IMG/VR virus record: IMGVR_UViG_3300034101_006325 | Location: 1-64,000 of that record | Strand: one strand, 5' to 3' | Source: a virus | Lineage: Duplodnaviria > Caudoviricetes | DNA length: 64,000 nt | Shown here: one piece after another, positions 46,740-56,281 of the stretch | How positions within the stretch are numbered: position 1 is the stretch's first letter | Layout: every line of letters starts with the position of its first letter | Notes under the pieces: model-generated | Databases searched by the model: none | What the model saw: the letters and a program-made list of their open reading frames with translations, nothing else | Told to the model about the DNA's origin: nothing | Position numbers and translations under genes: made by a program

Positions 46740-47270
46740 TTACATCTCGACAAACAATGACCAATCTTCGTGCCATGACGTAGGTCTAGACAAATCCCAA
46801 TAATGAAATGCATTAGGTTCTACAGGCTGTTTTAAAAGTTTCATGCCAGCCTCTTCCGGCGTTCTATTGCCTTTATTATTGTTACAACGCCTGCAAGCTG
46901 CAACACAATTTTTCCAAGTTGTTCCGCCGCCGCGCGAAGCAGGCTGAATATGATCGACAGTTATGACTGCATAATTGAGGTCAATTCCACAATATTGACA
47001 TTTCCATGAGTCACGATTGAAAAGAACTTTTTTCTGAAATCTTGGCGGTTTTCTATATGAACGCTTGTTGACATAATACTTAAGTCGCAATACGGCGGGA
47101 AGTCTAAATTCTCGTGTCGGCGTGTTAATGCAATCATCCCAATAGGAAGGCAAACCAGTAAGACCTGAAGCAACTTCGACTCGGTCTTTGAGCATCAATT
47201 TAATTGCTCTGCTGCCATCGATAAATTGCAAAGGTTCGCCGTTACAGTTCAGAAGAAGTGACCGATTCAT
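46740..47270 (-). CDS. HNH endonuclease
   Basis: RD.WKCQYCG, TVDHIQP.SRGG..TW.N.VAAC..CN..K; AAGGAGG RBS. Confidence 0.9.
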   Translation of the reverse strand: MNRSLLLNCNGEPLQFIDGSRAIKLMLKDRVEVASGLTGLPSYWDDCINTPTREFRLPAVLRLKYYVNKRSYRKPPRFQKKVLFNRDSWKCQYCGIDLNYAVITVDHIQPASRGGGTTWKNCVAACRRCNNNKGNRTPEEAGMKLLKQPVEPNAFHYWDLSRPTSWHEDWSLFVEM

Positions 47271-47289
47271 AACGGTTCCTCCTTGAAGC

Positions 47290-48120
47290 TTAAATATCGA
47301 CGTTCCCAGCGATCTGTGGCGCTCCATACTGCGATTTTCCAACTTTTGCATGAAGATTCGGAAGAATATCCCCTGTAAAACGACCATGTGTGTGGCCAGA
47401 CAATACAGTAAACTGTGTGTTAGGATATGTTTTAGCCGCAGATAATAACATTTCACCCATCATTCTTGATGTATACCACGGGATCACTAGTTCCGAATCA
47501 ATGCTGTCGAACTTTTCTTTCGTATAAGACTCAACAAAAGGCGGGAAATGAGTTGCGATAATCAAATGATCAAAATCGTCTACTGTGGCTTTTATTCCCT
47601 TGAACACATGAGAAACTGATGCTTTGCAAATTGATCTCGCTATTTGCAGAATAATTCCTTTGTCAAGCGATCTGCCCATGACTGTTGGTCGAACGGCAGG
47701 CGCAAAATCACTAATTTTAAGCCAATCATTCATTATAATTTCGCTGTCGGCAACATTACCATTGATACCATCATACCAGCCATCAGATCCAATAAGAACA
47801 GTCGAGTTATTCAGTTTAACATATGGAACTGCACCAAGGTATTTAGAAAAAGAAAGGTACCTGCATGCTTCAGTTACTTTTCTCCTTGTCTCAAGAATAT
47901 TCGAAAAATAATAATCATGATTTCCCATTACGAAATAAATGGGTTTATTCAGAGAACTCTCCAACTGCTTCAGATGCTGTACTATCGAAGTACCCACTGA
48001 AATATCACCCGTAATAATCACGGCTTCTGATGAGCCGGCTTCCAAATTTAATCTTGCAATTGTATCTCGAAGATTGTCTACACAATCAAGATGTATATCT
48101 GTAAACCAAGCAATTTTCAT
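47290..48120 (-). CDS. calcineurin-like metallophosphoesterase
   Basis: DIH, GD, GNHD, H, GHTH. Confidence 0.88.
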   Translation of the reverse strand: MKIAWFTDIHLDCVDNLRDTIARLNLEAGSSEAVIITGDISVGTSIVQHLKQLESSLNKPIYFVMGNHDYYFSNILETRRKVTEACRYLSFSKYLGAVPYVKLNNSTVLIGSDGWYDGINGNVADSEIIMNDWLKISDFAPAVRPTVMGRSLDKGIILQIARSICKASVSHVFKGIKATVDDFDHLIIATHFPPFVESYTKEKFDSIDSELVIPWYTSRMMGEMLLSAAKTYPNTQFTVLSGHTHGRFTGDILPNLHAKVGKSQYGAPQIAGNVDI

Positions 48121-49100
48121 AAAGACCGGCCATATCTGACGGCAGGAGTCATCTTAAAATCAAAATTAATTGTTGCTCTATTGGCGTCCAAAATGCAAGG
48201 TGCTCCCATCGGTATGGGGCACGTATATTTGCCATGAGAAAAACTCACGCCATAAATACAAGGTGGTCCATCTTTCAAATATTGAAGAATTACTTCTTCA
48301 AGAGTCGCGGCATCATTTCCATAGCCTTCTTTTTTAGGAAGGTCAAAAAATTCTCCCAATACTATCCCAGCGAGTTTGTTAAGAACACCAGCAAGCTTAA
48401 GATGTAAAAGCATCCTTGAAAGTTCCATAGAACTAGTTTTTGTGTCCTCAAGAAAAAGTATAGTATTTTCAACATCTGGAAAGTAGTCTGTTCCAATTAA
48501 ATGTACGAATGTGTTGAAATTTCCACCTATCGCACAACCTTTTGCAATGCCTGGCGATACAGTTCGCGGCTGCATTTCATTTATACAAAAAGGCTTATCT
48601 CCCCAGTGTTGTTCTGACATGAGAAGTTCTAAGGCTAACTTAAGAGAAGTTGTATCACATTCTACTGCAGTATTGCCTTTGTCGCATCTTACAGCTGCTC
48701 CTCTGCCATTAATTGTAACAAGTCTAGCTTTTGTCAATATTCCCATTGATATTGAAGTATTATCAGACTTGCCAAGAAAAGGCTTTTGAGATTTTCTTAT
48801 AGTATCAAAATTAAGATAAGGAAGCAAAGCTGCAGCTCCTTCGCCCCCGCGTGCAGCAATTACAGCCGAAATATTGGGATCTGAAAATGCCCAGTTGAGT
48901 TCTTCAGCTCTTTCTTGAACACTTGCAGAATTATGAATTGTCGTCCTTAAATTCTTAACACATGGGCCTAGAATAGGATTGAGACCACATTCTCTTATTG
49001 CATCCAATCCTGCTAACAATTCATTTGACATGAAAGTAGCAGATGGTGCAACAACTGCAACATTGCTTCCTGCACGAACTCTTTTTGGTGGTATGTACAT
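48117..49100 (-). CDS. S66 peptidase (LD-carboxypeptidase / MccF family)
   Basis: RGG.G, G.SD.T (Ser), LED (Glu), SHG (His). Confidence 0.88.
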   Translation of the reverse strand: MYIPPKRVRAGSNVAVVAPSATFMSNELLAGLDAIRECGLNPILGPCVKNLRTTIHNSASVQERAEELNWAFSDPNISAVIAARGGEGAAALLPYLNFDTIRKSQKPFLGKSDNTSISMGILTKARLVTINGRGAAVRCDKGNTAVECDTTSLKLALELLMSEQHWGDKPFCINEMQPRTVSPGIAKGCAIGGNFNTFVHLIGTDYFPDVENTILFLEDTKTSSMELSRMLLHLKLAGVLNKLAGIVLGEFFDLPKKEGYGNDAATLEEVILQYLKDGPPCIYGVSFSHGKYTCPIPMGAPCILDANRATINFDFKMTPAVRYGRSL

Positions 49101-49122
49101 GTCTTTAAATATTCAGACAAAG

Positions 49123-49383
49123 TCAAACAGAAATTTGAGTTAGTTTGTTTTTAATTTGATCAATAATCTCAAATGTTTGTGAATATTCCAGCCGTGCTTG
49201 TGCAAGTCGATTGGTCATCTTTTGCTTTTTTGAGGCATCCCATTTTTTTGAACTTTTGCGATTCATAATGTCTTCATATCTTTCAATCTTTCCTTTTGTG
49301 TCAATTTGAATCTTTGTAAATTGATCAAGCAGATTATCAAGATATTCTTTTTCTGAAATAGCTTTTTTCTTAACAGTTTTCAT
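49123..49383 (-). CDS. coiled-coil hypothetical protein
   Basis: 86 aa. Confidence 0.65.
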   Translation of the reverse strand: MKTVKKKAISEKEYLDNLLDQFTKIQIDTKGKIERYEDIMNRKSSKKWDASKKQKMTNRLAQARLEYSQTFEIIDQIKNKLTQISV

Positions 49384-50147
49384 TACAACCTCTCTATCAT
49401 TTTATTAAAAATTTCTTCGTCTTTCTCGACGACAATAAATTTTCTGCCTAATTTTCTTGCAGAAAATGCAGTTGCTCCACTGCCAGCAAAAGGATCAACA
49501 ACGATGTCACCTGGGTCGGTGTGGACTTCAATAGGGATCTCAACGACACGTTCAGCTTTTTGGGTAGGATGCAATTTACCTCTAAATATTTCAGTAACGT
49601 CTGTCCAGACATTTGTTCGACGATAGAACTCACTCTTAGCTGGATACTTTTCATTGTAACCAGCATACCCTCTCTTCGTCTCGAGGAGCGGGATGTTGAA
49701 CTTTAAAGGCTTCTTTGGATTTCCCTTGATGAAGTAGGCGAGTTCTTCACGCGTAAAGAGATAGTTGTTTTGGACTCCATACGCACGCTTCTTTGACCAG
49801 GTAATGAGATTGGCCATCTTAAAGTTATCATCTTCAACTCTCGTGAGATACTTGATGAAAGGACGGAAATCAGGAAGTCCAATACCTCCCCAGACATAGA
49901 ATGCTCCTCCTTGAAGTAGAACCTCCGACCACAATCGTGTCCATTGGATCATGTGGTCGGCATATTGGTCGTCAGTCGTCTTTACCCGATCCCATTCCTG
50001 CATGACTATGTTGCCATAAGGAGGATCAGTTGCGATCAGAGGTACTCCTCCGGTTTCGCCTAGCCACGCTTTAACTTCTTCAATTGTATCTCTTGAAGAA
50101 GAATCGCCATTAATAGCAAGTCCATCTTTAAACTCAACTTTCTTCAT
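49383..50147 (-). CDS. N4-C/N6-A DNA methyltransferase (beta group)
   Basis: DPPY before HPTQK and DPFAGSG. Confidence 0.9.
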   Translation of the reverse strand: MKKVEFKDGLAINGDSSSRDTIEEVKAWLGETGGVPLIATDPPYGNIVMQEWDRVKTTDDQYADHMIQWTRLWSEVLLQGGAFYVWGGIGLPDFRPFIKYLTRVEDDNFKMANLITWSKKRAYGVQNNYLFTREELAYFIKGNPKKPLKFNIPLLETKRGYAGYNEKYPAKSEFYRRTNVWTDVTEIFRGKLHPTQKAERVVEIPIEVHTDPGDIVVDPFAGSGATAFSARKLGRKFIVVEKDEEIFNKMIERL

Positions 50148-50569
50148 GTTGTTCTCCGCGCTCTCTTCTCAGAACATGGATCACAGGAAGTATGTATCCA
50201 ACCTCTAAAACTTTGTTGTTTGCCCGGATTGCCGCAGGTTTCACAAATTTTCATAGACATTGTCTCGGCAAAAGAAATGAAAGCTTCTGTGATATCGTCC
50301 CCACCCGTGACATAAAAACGAAGTCCTCCAAATTTTTCTTTAATTTGTTCTGCAACAACTTGAAGATTCTCTAGCTCTTCTGCGTTGTTGATATTTTTTG
50401 ATCGCCAGTCAATGTGAGATTGAATTTTGCTGCAGAGTGTATCTACCAGTTCAAACCAACCATCATCGCATTCTAACCCCCACATGTCAAGAGGTTCATC
50501 TTTATGTGTCGAAGTCTTAAAAATCTTGGGATATCTTTGGCGAAGCAATAGATCTTTTTCAGGCGACAT
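50144..50569 (-). CDS. conserved phage hypothetical protein
   Basis: ECDDGW..L, QIKEKFGGLRFY, CETCG.PG, C..C. Confidence 0.8.
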   Translation of the reverse strand: MSPEKDLLLRQRYPKIFKTSTHKDEPLDMWGLECDDGWFELVDTLCSKIQSHIDWRSKNINNAEELENLQVVAEQIKEKFGGLRFYVTGGDDITEAFISFAETMSMKICETCGNPGKQQSFRGWIHTSCDPCSEKRARRTT

Positions 50570-50576
50570 GTGTGGG

Positions 50577-50605
50577 ATTATACAATGTCAAACGGAAAAA
50601 TTCAA
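50577..50605 (-). promoter_or_regulatory. sigma70-like promoter, probably leaderless
   Basis: TTGAAT-N17-TATAAT, 7 nt to ATG. Confidence 0.65.
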
Positions 50606-50615
50606 AAATAAGAAA

Positions 50616-51104
50616 TTATGAATTTTTTTCCCAACTAGATGAAGTCTCATCGTCGACAATAGGACCGCCACCTGTCCATGTGTAACACGTGCGCATCGAA
50701 TGACACTTAAAATGATGCATCCAGCAATAACCTAGTGACTGCCAAGGCTCGCCAGAAGATATTGCTGCCATGATCTCGCTTTGTGGCATAATCTCACCAG
50801 GCATACACTCTATCATTCTCGGTGATACATCAAAAGCACCACAATTACCACACTTTGATTCTTTAGCGACATCGGAAGTCGTGTTCCAGTGTTCAGCTAT
50901 TCTTTCCCAATATTTCTCGTCGGATAGGTTTAGAGGACCATATTGAATGTGAGGAGCAGAAATTGCTTTATTTCTATTTAAAGTATTGAGCTTGAGATCT
51001 TGAGTTGCAGCTGGACAAGCAGCATCTTCTTGAATTACGGGAAGTCTTCTTATTTCTTCGCGTATCACTCTTCTTAGCTGTGTAATTGTTAATTTCACTT
51101 GCAA
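50616..51104 (-). CDS. Cys/His-containing protein with LRRVIREE leader
   Basis: CP.ATQD, YGP.N, CGNC..FD, GYC.MHHFKC. Confidence 0.75.
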   Translation of the reverse strand: MQVKLTITQLRRVIREEIRRLPVIQEDAACPAATQDLKLNTLNRNKAISAPHIQYGPLNLSDEKYWERIAEHWNTTSDVAKESKCGNCGAFDVSPRMIECMPGEIMPQSEIMAAISSGEPWQSLGYCWMHHFKCHSMRTCYTWTGGGPIVDDETSSSWEKNS

Positions 51105-51109
51105 TTACC

Positions 51110-51730
51110 TTACTTCTTTTTTGACTTTCTTTTCTTGCCTCTGTGTTTTTGAATCTGCTTCCACTGTGCAGCGTCCACTTTTCTTGCAGGGCCTCCTGTT
51201 AAAACAGAATTAACACGGGCCATCGCCCATTGATGTGCTGATGCACCAGGTCTATGACCCGTTCGCCATGCTGCCAATCCCTTGTTGTATATGGCACGTA
51301 AAGCACCCATCGGTGCTCCGGTTTTTTCGGCCTTATTTTTTAAGGCTGTCTTGACATTCGATCCTTTTTTCTTTTCAAGCAAAATTTCTTCCACAAATTC
51401 TCTTAATAGATCGACGTCGTCATCAAGAATTTCGTCTTCACCCAGCAGATCGTACTCCAATAAATCTTCCATAATGTCTATTTCCTCTAGCTGCTCCTTG
51501 ACTTTGCCGAAACGTTTTTCGAAATTTTTGGTGTGCACGGATTTCTTGGTGGGCCTAGGTTCACCGCTAGACATAAAGTCTGTTGGAAATCTTGAGGCAT
51601 CGTATGCTGACTTATCGCCAGAATCCGTTTTTGATCCACGTTCTATTTCTTTTCTTCTCTTTGTCTTGTTGCGGACGCCCTTTAGATAGTTAGGATCAAT
51701 TTTTTTCTTTTTTTCTTTAAGATCTTCCAC
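51110..51730 (-). CDS. basic protein (DUF5824-like C-terminal domain)
   Basis: LKNKAEKTG....LRAIYNKGLAAWRTGHRPG..AHQW..ARV; GTG start behind ATAATTA. Confidence 0.7.
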   Translation of the reverse strand: MEDLKEKKKKIDPNYLKGVRNKTKRRKEIERGSKTDSGDKSAYDASRFPTDFMSSGEPRPTKKSVHTKNFEKRFGKVKEQLEEIDIMEDLLEYDLLGEDEILDDDVDLLREFVEEILLEKKKGSNVKTALKNKAEKTGAPMGALRAIYNKGLAAWRTGHRPGASAHQWAMARVNSVLTGGPARKVDAAQWKQIQKHRGKKRKSKKK

Positions 51731-51758
51731 GTCACTAATTATTACCAAAGAGGATTGT

Positions 51759-52520
51759 ATGATCAAAAAAGGATCCCAAGGTTCCGACGTTGAAAGTTGG
51801 CAATTATTTTTGCGCGGTCTTAAACACAACAGCAAAGTCATTGTGAACGGAATATTCGACGATGTCACTGACGCAGAAACAAGAATATTTCAAACTGAAA
51901 ATAAACTTTTATCAGATGGTATTGTCGGTCCTGCGACTTTACAGGCATCTTATAAATATGAATACCCAGAAGCGCACGAAAGATCTATAGATTATCAGAA
52001 TCCTGGCATACAAAATCTTTCTTTTATTGAAAGACAGAAACTATTCGGATATTTTTCGTATGAGCCTGCGCCTACGCCAGACAATCCAGAAGCAATTAGA
52101 ATTAAAGACGCATGGTCGGTTACAAACATAAAATCTGTGTATGTGCCTCAGCTTGCCGGCGTGGCGGGCGCATCAAAGTCTGGGATTGTCCAAGTTCACA
52201 CAAAAATAGCAGATCAGTTCGTAGGACTTTTTCAAGCATGGGAGGATGCAGGACTCAAAGACAGAATCTTGACATGGGGTGGCTCATGGGTTCCTCGATT
52301 TATTAGGGGCTCAAGATCGTCGCTTTCCAATCATTCTTGGGGCACTGCATTCGATATAAATGCACAATGGAATGGACTTGGCGTCAAACCTGCAGACGTA
52401 GGTAAAAAGGGAAGTGTAAAAGAATTAGTTTCAATTGCAGTCGATCATGGATTCTATTGGGGTGGGTGGTTTCCTCGAAGGCCTGATGGAATGCACTTTG
52501 AAGCTTATAAAATTATATAA
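51759..52520 (+). CDS. endolysin: peptidoglycan-binding domain + M15 peptidase
   Basis: GSQGSDV..WQ, DGIVGP.T; SNHSWG.AFD, DGMHFE. Confidence 0.88.
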   Translation: MIKKGSQGSDVESWQLFLRGLKHNSKVIVNGIFDDVTDAETRIFQTENKLLSDGIVGPATLQASYKYEYPEAHERSIDYQNPGIQNLSFIERQKLFGYFSYEPAPTPDNPEAIRIKDAWSVTNIKSVYVPQLAGVAGASKSGIVQVHTKIADQFVGLFQAWEDAGLKDRILTWGGSWVPRFIRGSRSSLSNHSWGTAFDINAQWNGLGVKPADVGKKGSVKELVSIAVDHGFYWGGWFPRRPDGMHFEAYKII

Positions 52521-52550
52521 GAAAGGTCCGAGAACCAGCTCGGACCTTTC
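52521..52550. terminator. hairpin between convergent genes (likely bidirectional terminator)
   Basis: 12-bp stem GAAAGGTCCGAG/CTCGGACCTTTC. Confidence 0.7.
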
Positions 52551-52568
52551 CTTGGGTCAAAATATTTG

Positions 52569-52919
52569 TTAAGTAACAATAGGAATTTTTTTAGATTTTG
52601 TCTCTAACTTTTTAGGAAGTTTAATTTCAAGAAGACCATCTTGAAGATGAGCCGTAACAGAATTTTCATCTACTGTAGATTTGAGTGCATATGAATACGA
52701 AAATTCTTTACCGTGTCTAGACTTGCCAGAAACCTTTAATGTTTTTCCTTCTACAGTAACTTCAAGATCCGATGATTTGACTCCTGGCATTTCTATCTTT
52801 ATACCTTCATCGTCGATTGAGTCAGCTCTTGCTTTTGTCTGTAAATCGCCAAAAAAACCGAATGAATCTAAAAGATCGAAAGTAGGCGTTCTAAAACCAT
52901 CGTAGTATCTAGTAATCAT
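52569..52919 (-). CDS. small heat shock protein Hsp20
   Basis: EMPGV...L.V.V, A.LQDGLL.I.LPK; AAGGAG RBS. Confidence 0.88.
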   Translation of the reverse strand: MITRYYDGFRTPTFDLLDSFGFFGDLQTKARADSIDDEGIKIEMPGVKSSDLEVTVEGKTLKVSGKSRHGKEFSYSYALKSTVDENSVTAHLQDGLLEIKLPKKLETKSKKIPIVT

Positions 52920-53093
52920 TTTTAACTCCTTAGTGTAATTCATGCGGATCCCGTCCGCATGAACATGTTAAACACCAACTTGAGTTTGAAAACCCCCTAA
53001 GCAAAAAATTATTTTTTTGTTTGGTCAATATCGTTCAGAAAAATTCTTGTGCTAATCAATATTGAAATCAATACAAAAAAAATAATTTTCATC

Positions 53094-53357
53094 TTAATTC
53101 TCAAAGATGAGAGGAACTGAAGTTCCTGCTTGCTTGGCCTTCAATGCTTCAGCTTCATCAAGATACTTTTTGTGCATTTCAGCAACTTGCTTTTCGTATT
53201 CAGGATCAAGTGTAACAGTGTCGGGATTGTTTGAATCGACTACAAGACGAACCTGCCTCATCAAATCAGCTCCGTCGACACCGAGAAGAAGTGCTTCTTG
53301 AAAAATCTGGATCATTCGCATTGCAACTGTATCTGAAATTTTATAACTCATGGTCAC
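53094..53357 (-). CDS. hypothetical phage protein
   Basis: 87 aa, QEALLLGVD..D.MR. Confidence 0.7.
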   Translation of the reverse strand: MTMSYKISDTVAMRMIQIFQEALLLGVDGADLMRQVRLVVDSNNPDTVTLDPEYEKQVAEMHKKYLDEAEALKAKQAGTSVPLIFEN

Positions 53358-53384
53358 CTAACATCAATGTAGGCATGTAATAAA

Positions 53385-55667
53385 TCAATGTATCAGACTT
53401 TTTCTTTTTACTTCGAACAAAAGTGCAGCCTGACGTCTCGCAACCTCAGAAATCATCCAGTCGGGAAGTACATCCAAAACTTTTTTAATCGTATCTGTTT
53501 TAACGTTCTTTAGATCAGTCTTTATCGCTGCAGCTGCTTTTTCTTTCCTACCTGAAGGTTCTGTGGACCCTTCTCCTGCTCCCGCACCAGGAGAAGGTCC
53601 TTCGGGAAGACCGGGAACGCCGGCGTCAGCAGCAGCTTTGGCAATCTCGGCAGCATTTTTTGCTTTAATCGCGTCAATATACTTTTTTATGCCTCCTGCG
53701 TCCGCGATATCATTTTGTAATTTAGCAGGATCTTCACCCAGCTCGTCAGCAAGCTCTTTGACAAACTTTTTAATAATTTCTGTGCTTGATTTCAGCAACT
53801 TGTCATATGCCTTATCTTTTTCGGAACTTTGAGATGCCAATTTTTCTAGCTCGCTTTTAAGCTGATCATTTCTTTTCTTTTCATCGTCCACACGCTGAGC
53901 AAGCTCTGTCTCTCTTTTCGCGAGCTGAGACAAAATTTGTTTCTTTTCATCTTCGGACTTGTTCAAAAGAGTCTTATACCAAGTAGAAATTTTTTCATTT
54001 AAACCTTGAAGTATCGAATAAATTAAAACAAGCGCAGGCGTAGGCTTTGATCGTATTTCCTCATAACGTGCGCGAGGCTCTGAAGTCTGCTGTATAAGTT
54101 CTTTGTCACCTGTAGAATCAATAAATACAATTACATCTTGTAAATTCTTTTTTAAGACATCAGCTACCTGCTTATGTTTGGTAGGATTAGACTCTATCTG
54201 AGCAAAAATACTTTCCGATCTACTCAATTCTTTTTGAGTGCCTTGACTTGCTCTAATCACATCTTGCACAATTTTTGAGATTTCTTGTGCAGAGGATAGT
54301 GAACTTGGCTCTTTCTTCGGAGCATCCATCTCAGCATTTGGAAATTTTTGTTTTAATCTTGCAAGTCCGGCCTGCTTTTCTTCGTCAGATAATTTTTCTT
54401 TGTCTACAATCTCATTAAACTCATCCATTACTTTTCTAAAAGCATCAGGGGATATTTTCGAAGCTCTTGCGTTTTGAATCTTGCCAATTTTTTCCAAAAA
54501 TACCTTGAGAGATTGATTGCTAATGGCGCTTTTTTGTTCAAAAAGTAAATCTATCCAATCAGAAGACGTACCATCACATTCAAAAAGTTTAATTTTTGCA
54601 TCAAAAACATCTTCGGCAGTAATGTAGCTTCTGCTCTCTTGCGCAGGTACAGGTGCTGCAGGCGGAGAAGCAGATCCTGGTTCGGGCTTTTGACCCTTTT
54701 TCCCGCCTTTTTTGCCGCTCTTTTTGCTATTGTTGTATACAACCAAAGCATTTAAAATTTTTGCGATGGTATCTTTCTTTATTTTTGTCTGTGCTGCAAT
54801 TGAATCAATAAAACTATTTAAAAACTGCCCAGGATCATCCTTCGCCTTGGCAGAAATTGTAGCAGATGTTTTTCCCTTGCCATCCGTCGCAGCAGCAGCA
54901 ACGAGAGAAATTAATTGACTCGTCGATGTGGCTGGTTGGCCAGACGTAGGTAATATTTTATCAGGTGAAACAAGCACTCCCGGGGCTTCCGACGCGACGA
55001 AATCTTGGACGCTACTTTGCACATTTTTTGTCGTAAATCCTCCGAGGACTGACTTCCTGAGCTGAAGCAGGCTCTTTGCTGGCACTGTCATGAGCTCTTG
55101 AATAAAGATATCTTCATTATCTACGAAAGGAATCCTACTGACACCTAAAAGGGACTTTAACTTTGAAAATATTCCTTCAGCAGCAAAAGCTTTCTTGAGG
55201 ACCTTTTTTACATTCTCAGCATTGTTGCCCGACTGTTCTTCTAAGCTCGGACCATTCTTTTTAAATTTAGGAAAATTTGCAGGATCAGATACGATATCCT
55301 CGAGAAAATCAAATCCTGACTCCAAGGTACTGAGCATTGACATGCTCTTAAGGACAGGATTATTATCGACCTTGACACCAAATACATTAGCCAGCTTGGC
55401 GATGCCGGTCTTTTTCTTTGTGGCTTCTGGATTTTTTGCCATTTCTTCAAGAGCTTTTTGCATAGCAGATGCAGTCACAGTCATGCCTTCTTTCTGTGCA
55501 ACAGCGGCAATGTCTGCAATCTTTTTCTTTATAACAGTCAAATCCTTGTAGCTTTTGTCCAAAGCCTCAAGAATGATATAAGCAGTAGACTCAGCAATAA
55601 GTCTTTCCTGCATTGATTCTGTCAAAAGAAGCTCAAAATTTCTTAAGTACGGTGTCATCTGATTCAT
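53385..55667 (-). CDS. large helical protein, candidate virion internal protein
   Basis: 760 aa; LLTE, LIAE, ILE, LFE motifs; ATATTTA 6 nt upstream. Confidence 0.75.
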   Translation of the reverse strand: MNQMTPYLRNFELLLTESMQERLIAESTAYIILEALDKSYKDLTVIKKKIADIAAVAQKEGMTVTASAMQKALEEMAKNPEATKKKTGIAKLANVFGVKVDNNPVLKSMSMLSTLESGFDFLEDIVSDPANFPKFKKNGPSLEEQSGNNAENVKKVLKKAFAAEGIFSKLKSLLGVSRIPFVDNEDIFIQELMTVPAKSLLQLRKSVLGGFTTKNVQSSVQDFVASEAPGVLVSPDKILPTSGQPATSTSQLISLVAAAATDGKGKTSATISAKAKDDPGQFLNSFIDSIAAQTKIKKDTIAKILNALVVYNNSKKSGKKGGKKGQKPEPGSASPPAAPVPAQESRSYITAEDVFDAKIKLFECDGTSSDWIDLLFEQKSAISNQSLKVFLEKIGKIQNARASKISPDAFRKVMDEFNEIVDKEKLSDEEKQAGLARLKQKFPNAEMDAPKKEPSSLSSAQEISKIVQDVIRASQGTQKELSRSESIFAQIESNPTKHKQVADVLKKNLQDVIVFIDSTGDKELIQQTSEPRARYEEIRSKPTPALVLIYSILQGLNEKISTWYKTLLNKSEDEKKQILSQLAKRETELAQRVDDEKKRNDQLKSELEKLASQSSEKDKAYDKLLKSSTEIIKKFVKELADELGEDPAKLQNDIADAGGIKKYIDAIKAKNAAEIAKAAADAGVPGLPEGPSPGAGAGEGSTEPSGRKEKAAAAIKTDLKNVKTDTIKKVLDVLPDWMISEVARRQAALLFEVKRKSLIH

Positions 55668-55696
55668 CAGCTCTAAATATACAGTTTGTCAGGGGT

Positions 55697-56281
55697 TTAA
55701 ATTATGCCAAAAACTTTTAAAGAATTAAGCAAATCTCGCGAGACTTCTTCGATGGTTTGATTGCAATTAATCACTTGAGATTTATCAATGTTTTGATCTG
55801 CCCATTCTTTATAGATTTTTCTCACACTTAATTGCAATTTTTGATCAGACTCATAAACATCTTCAGCAATATGAGCATGAGATTGACCCAATAAAATAAT
55901 TGTGCAATCTGGGACCTTTAATCTATCATATAATTTTTTTGTGAATTCTTGAGAAACACCAGAAGCTTCTCCGTATACAACGGTTGATAGACTCCAGCGG
56001 TCCATTATAATAAAGTCATAAGACTTTTCAAGACGAGGTAGAACTGTCCACTGAAATATTTGTCTATTGAAGTATTGAAACCACTGAAATAATCTGGGGA
56101 ATTTCTTGGCTAGGCCATTCCCTAACATCCAATAGATGACTCCATGAATTATATTGGATTTAATTGGCACTTCGACGACTACAGCTTTTTTACCCGTGAG
56201 CTTTAAGTAATCACACAAAATATTGCTCTGCGTCGCCTTGCCGCAGCGATCAGGCCCTTCAATTACAAGAAATTTGCTCAT
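55697..56281 (-). CDS. tmk: thymidylate kinase
   Basis: IEGPDRCGKATQ, MDRWSLS. Confidence 0.9.
   Translation of the reverse strand: MSKFLVIEGPDRCGKATQSNILCDYLKLTGKKAVVVEVPIKSNIIHGVIYWMLGNGLAKKFPRLFQWFQYFNRQIFQWTVLPRLEKSYDFIIMDRWSLSTVVYGEASGVSQEFTKKLYDRLKVPDCTIILLGQSHAHIAEDVYESDQKLQLSVRKIYKEWADQNIDKSQVINCNQTIEEVSRDLLNSLKVFGII

Noticed and set aside
46740-47270. HNH as an intron-encoded homing nuclease
   Set aside because: It is free-standing between intact unrelated genes; no split host gene.
52978-53002. HAIR/CIRCE or sigma32 heat-shock element upstream of hsp20
   Set aside because: Only one CTTGAGT half-site matches; sigma32-like boxes are on the wrong strand with wrong spacing.
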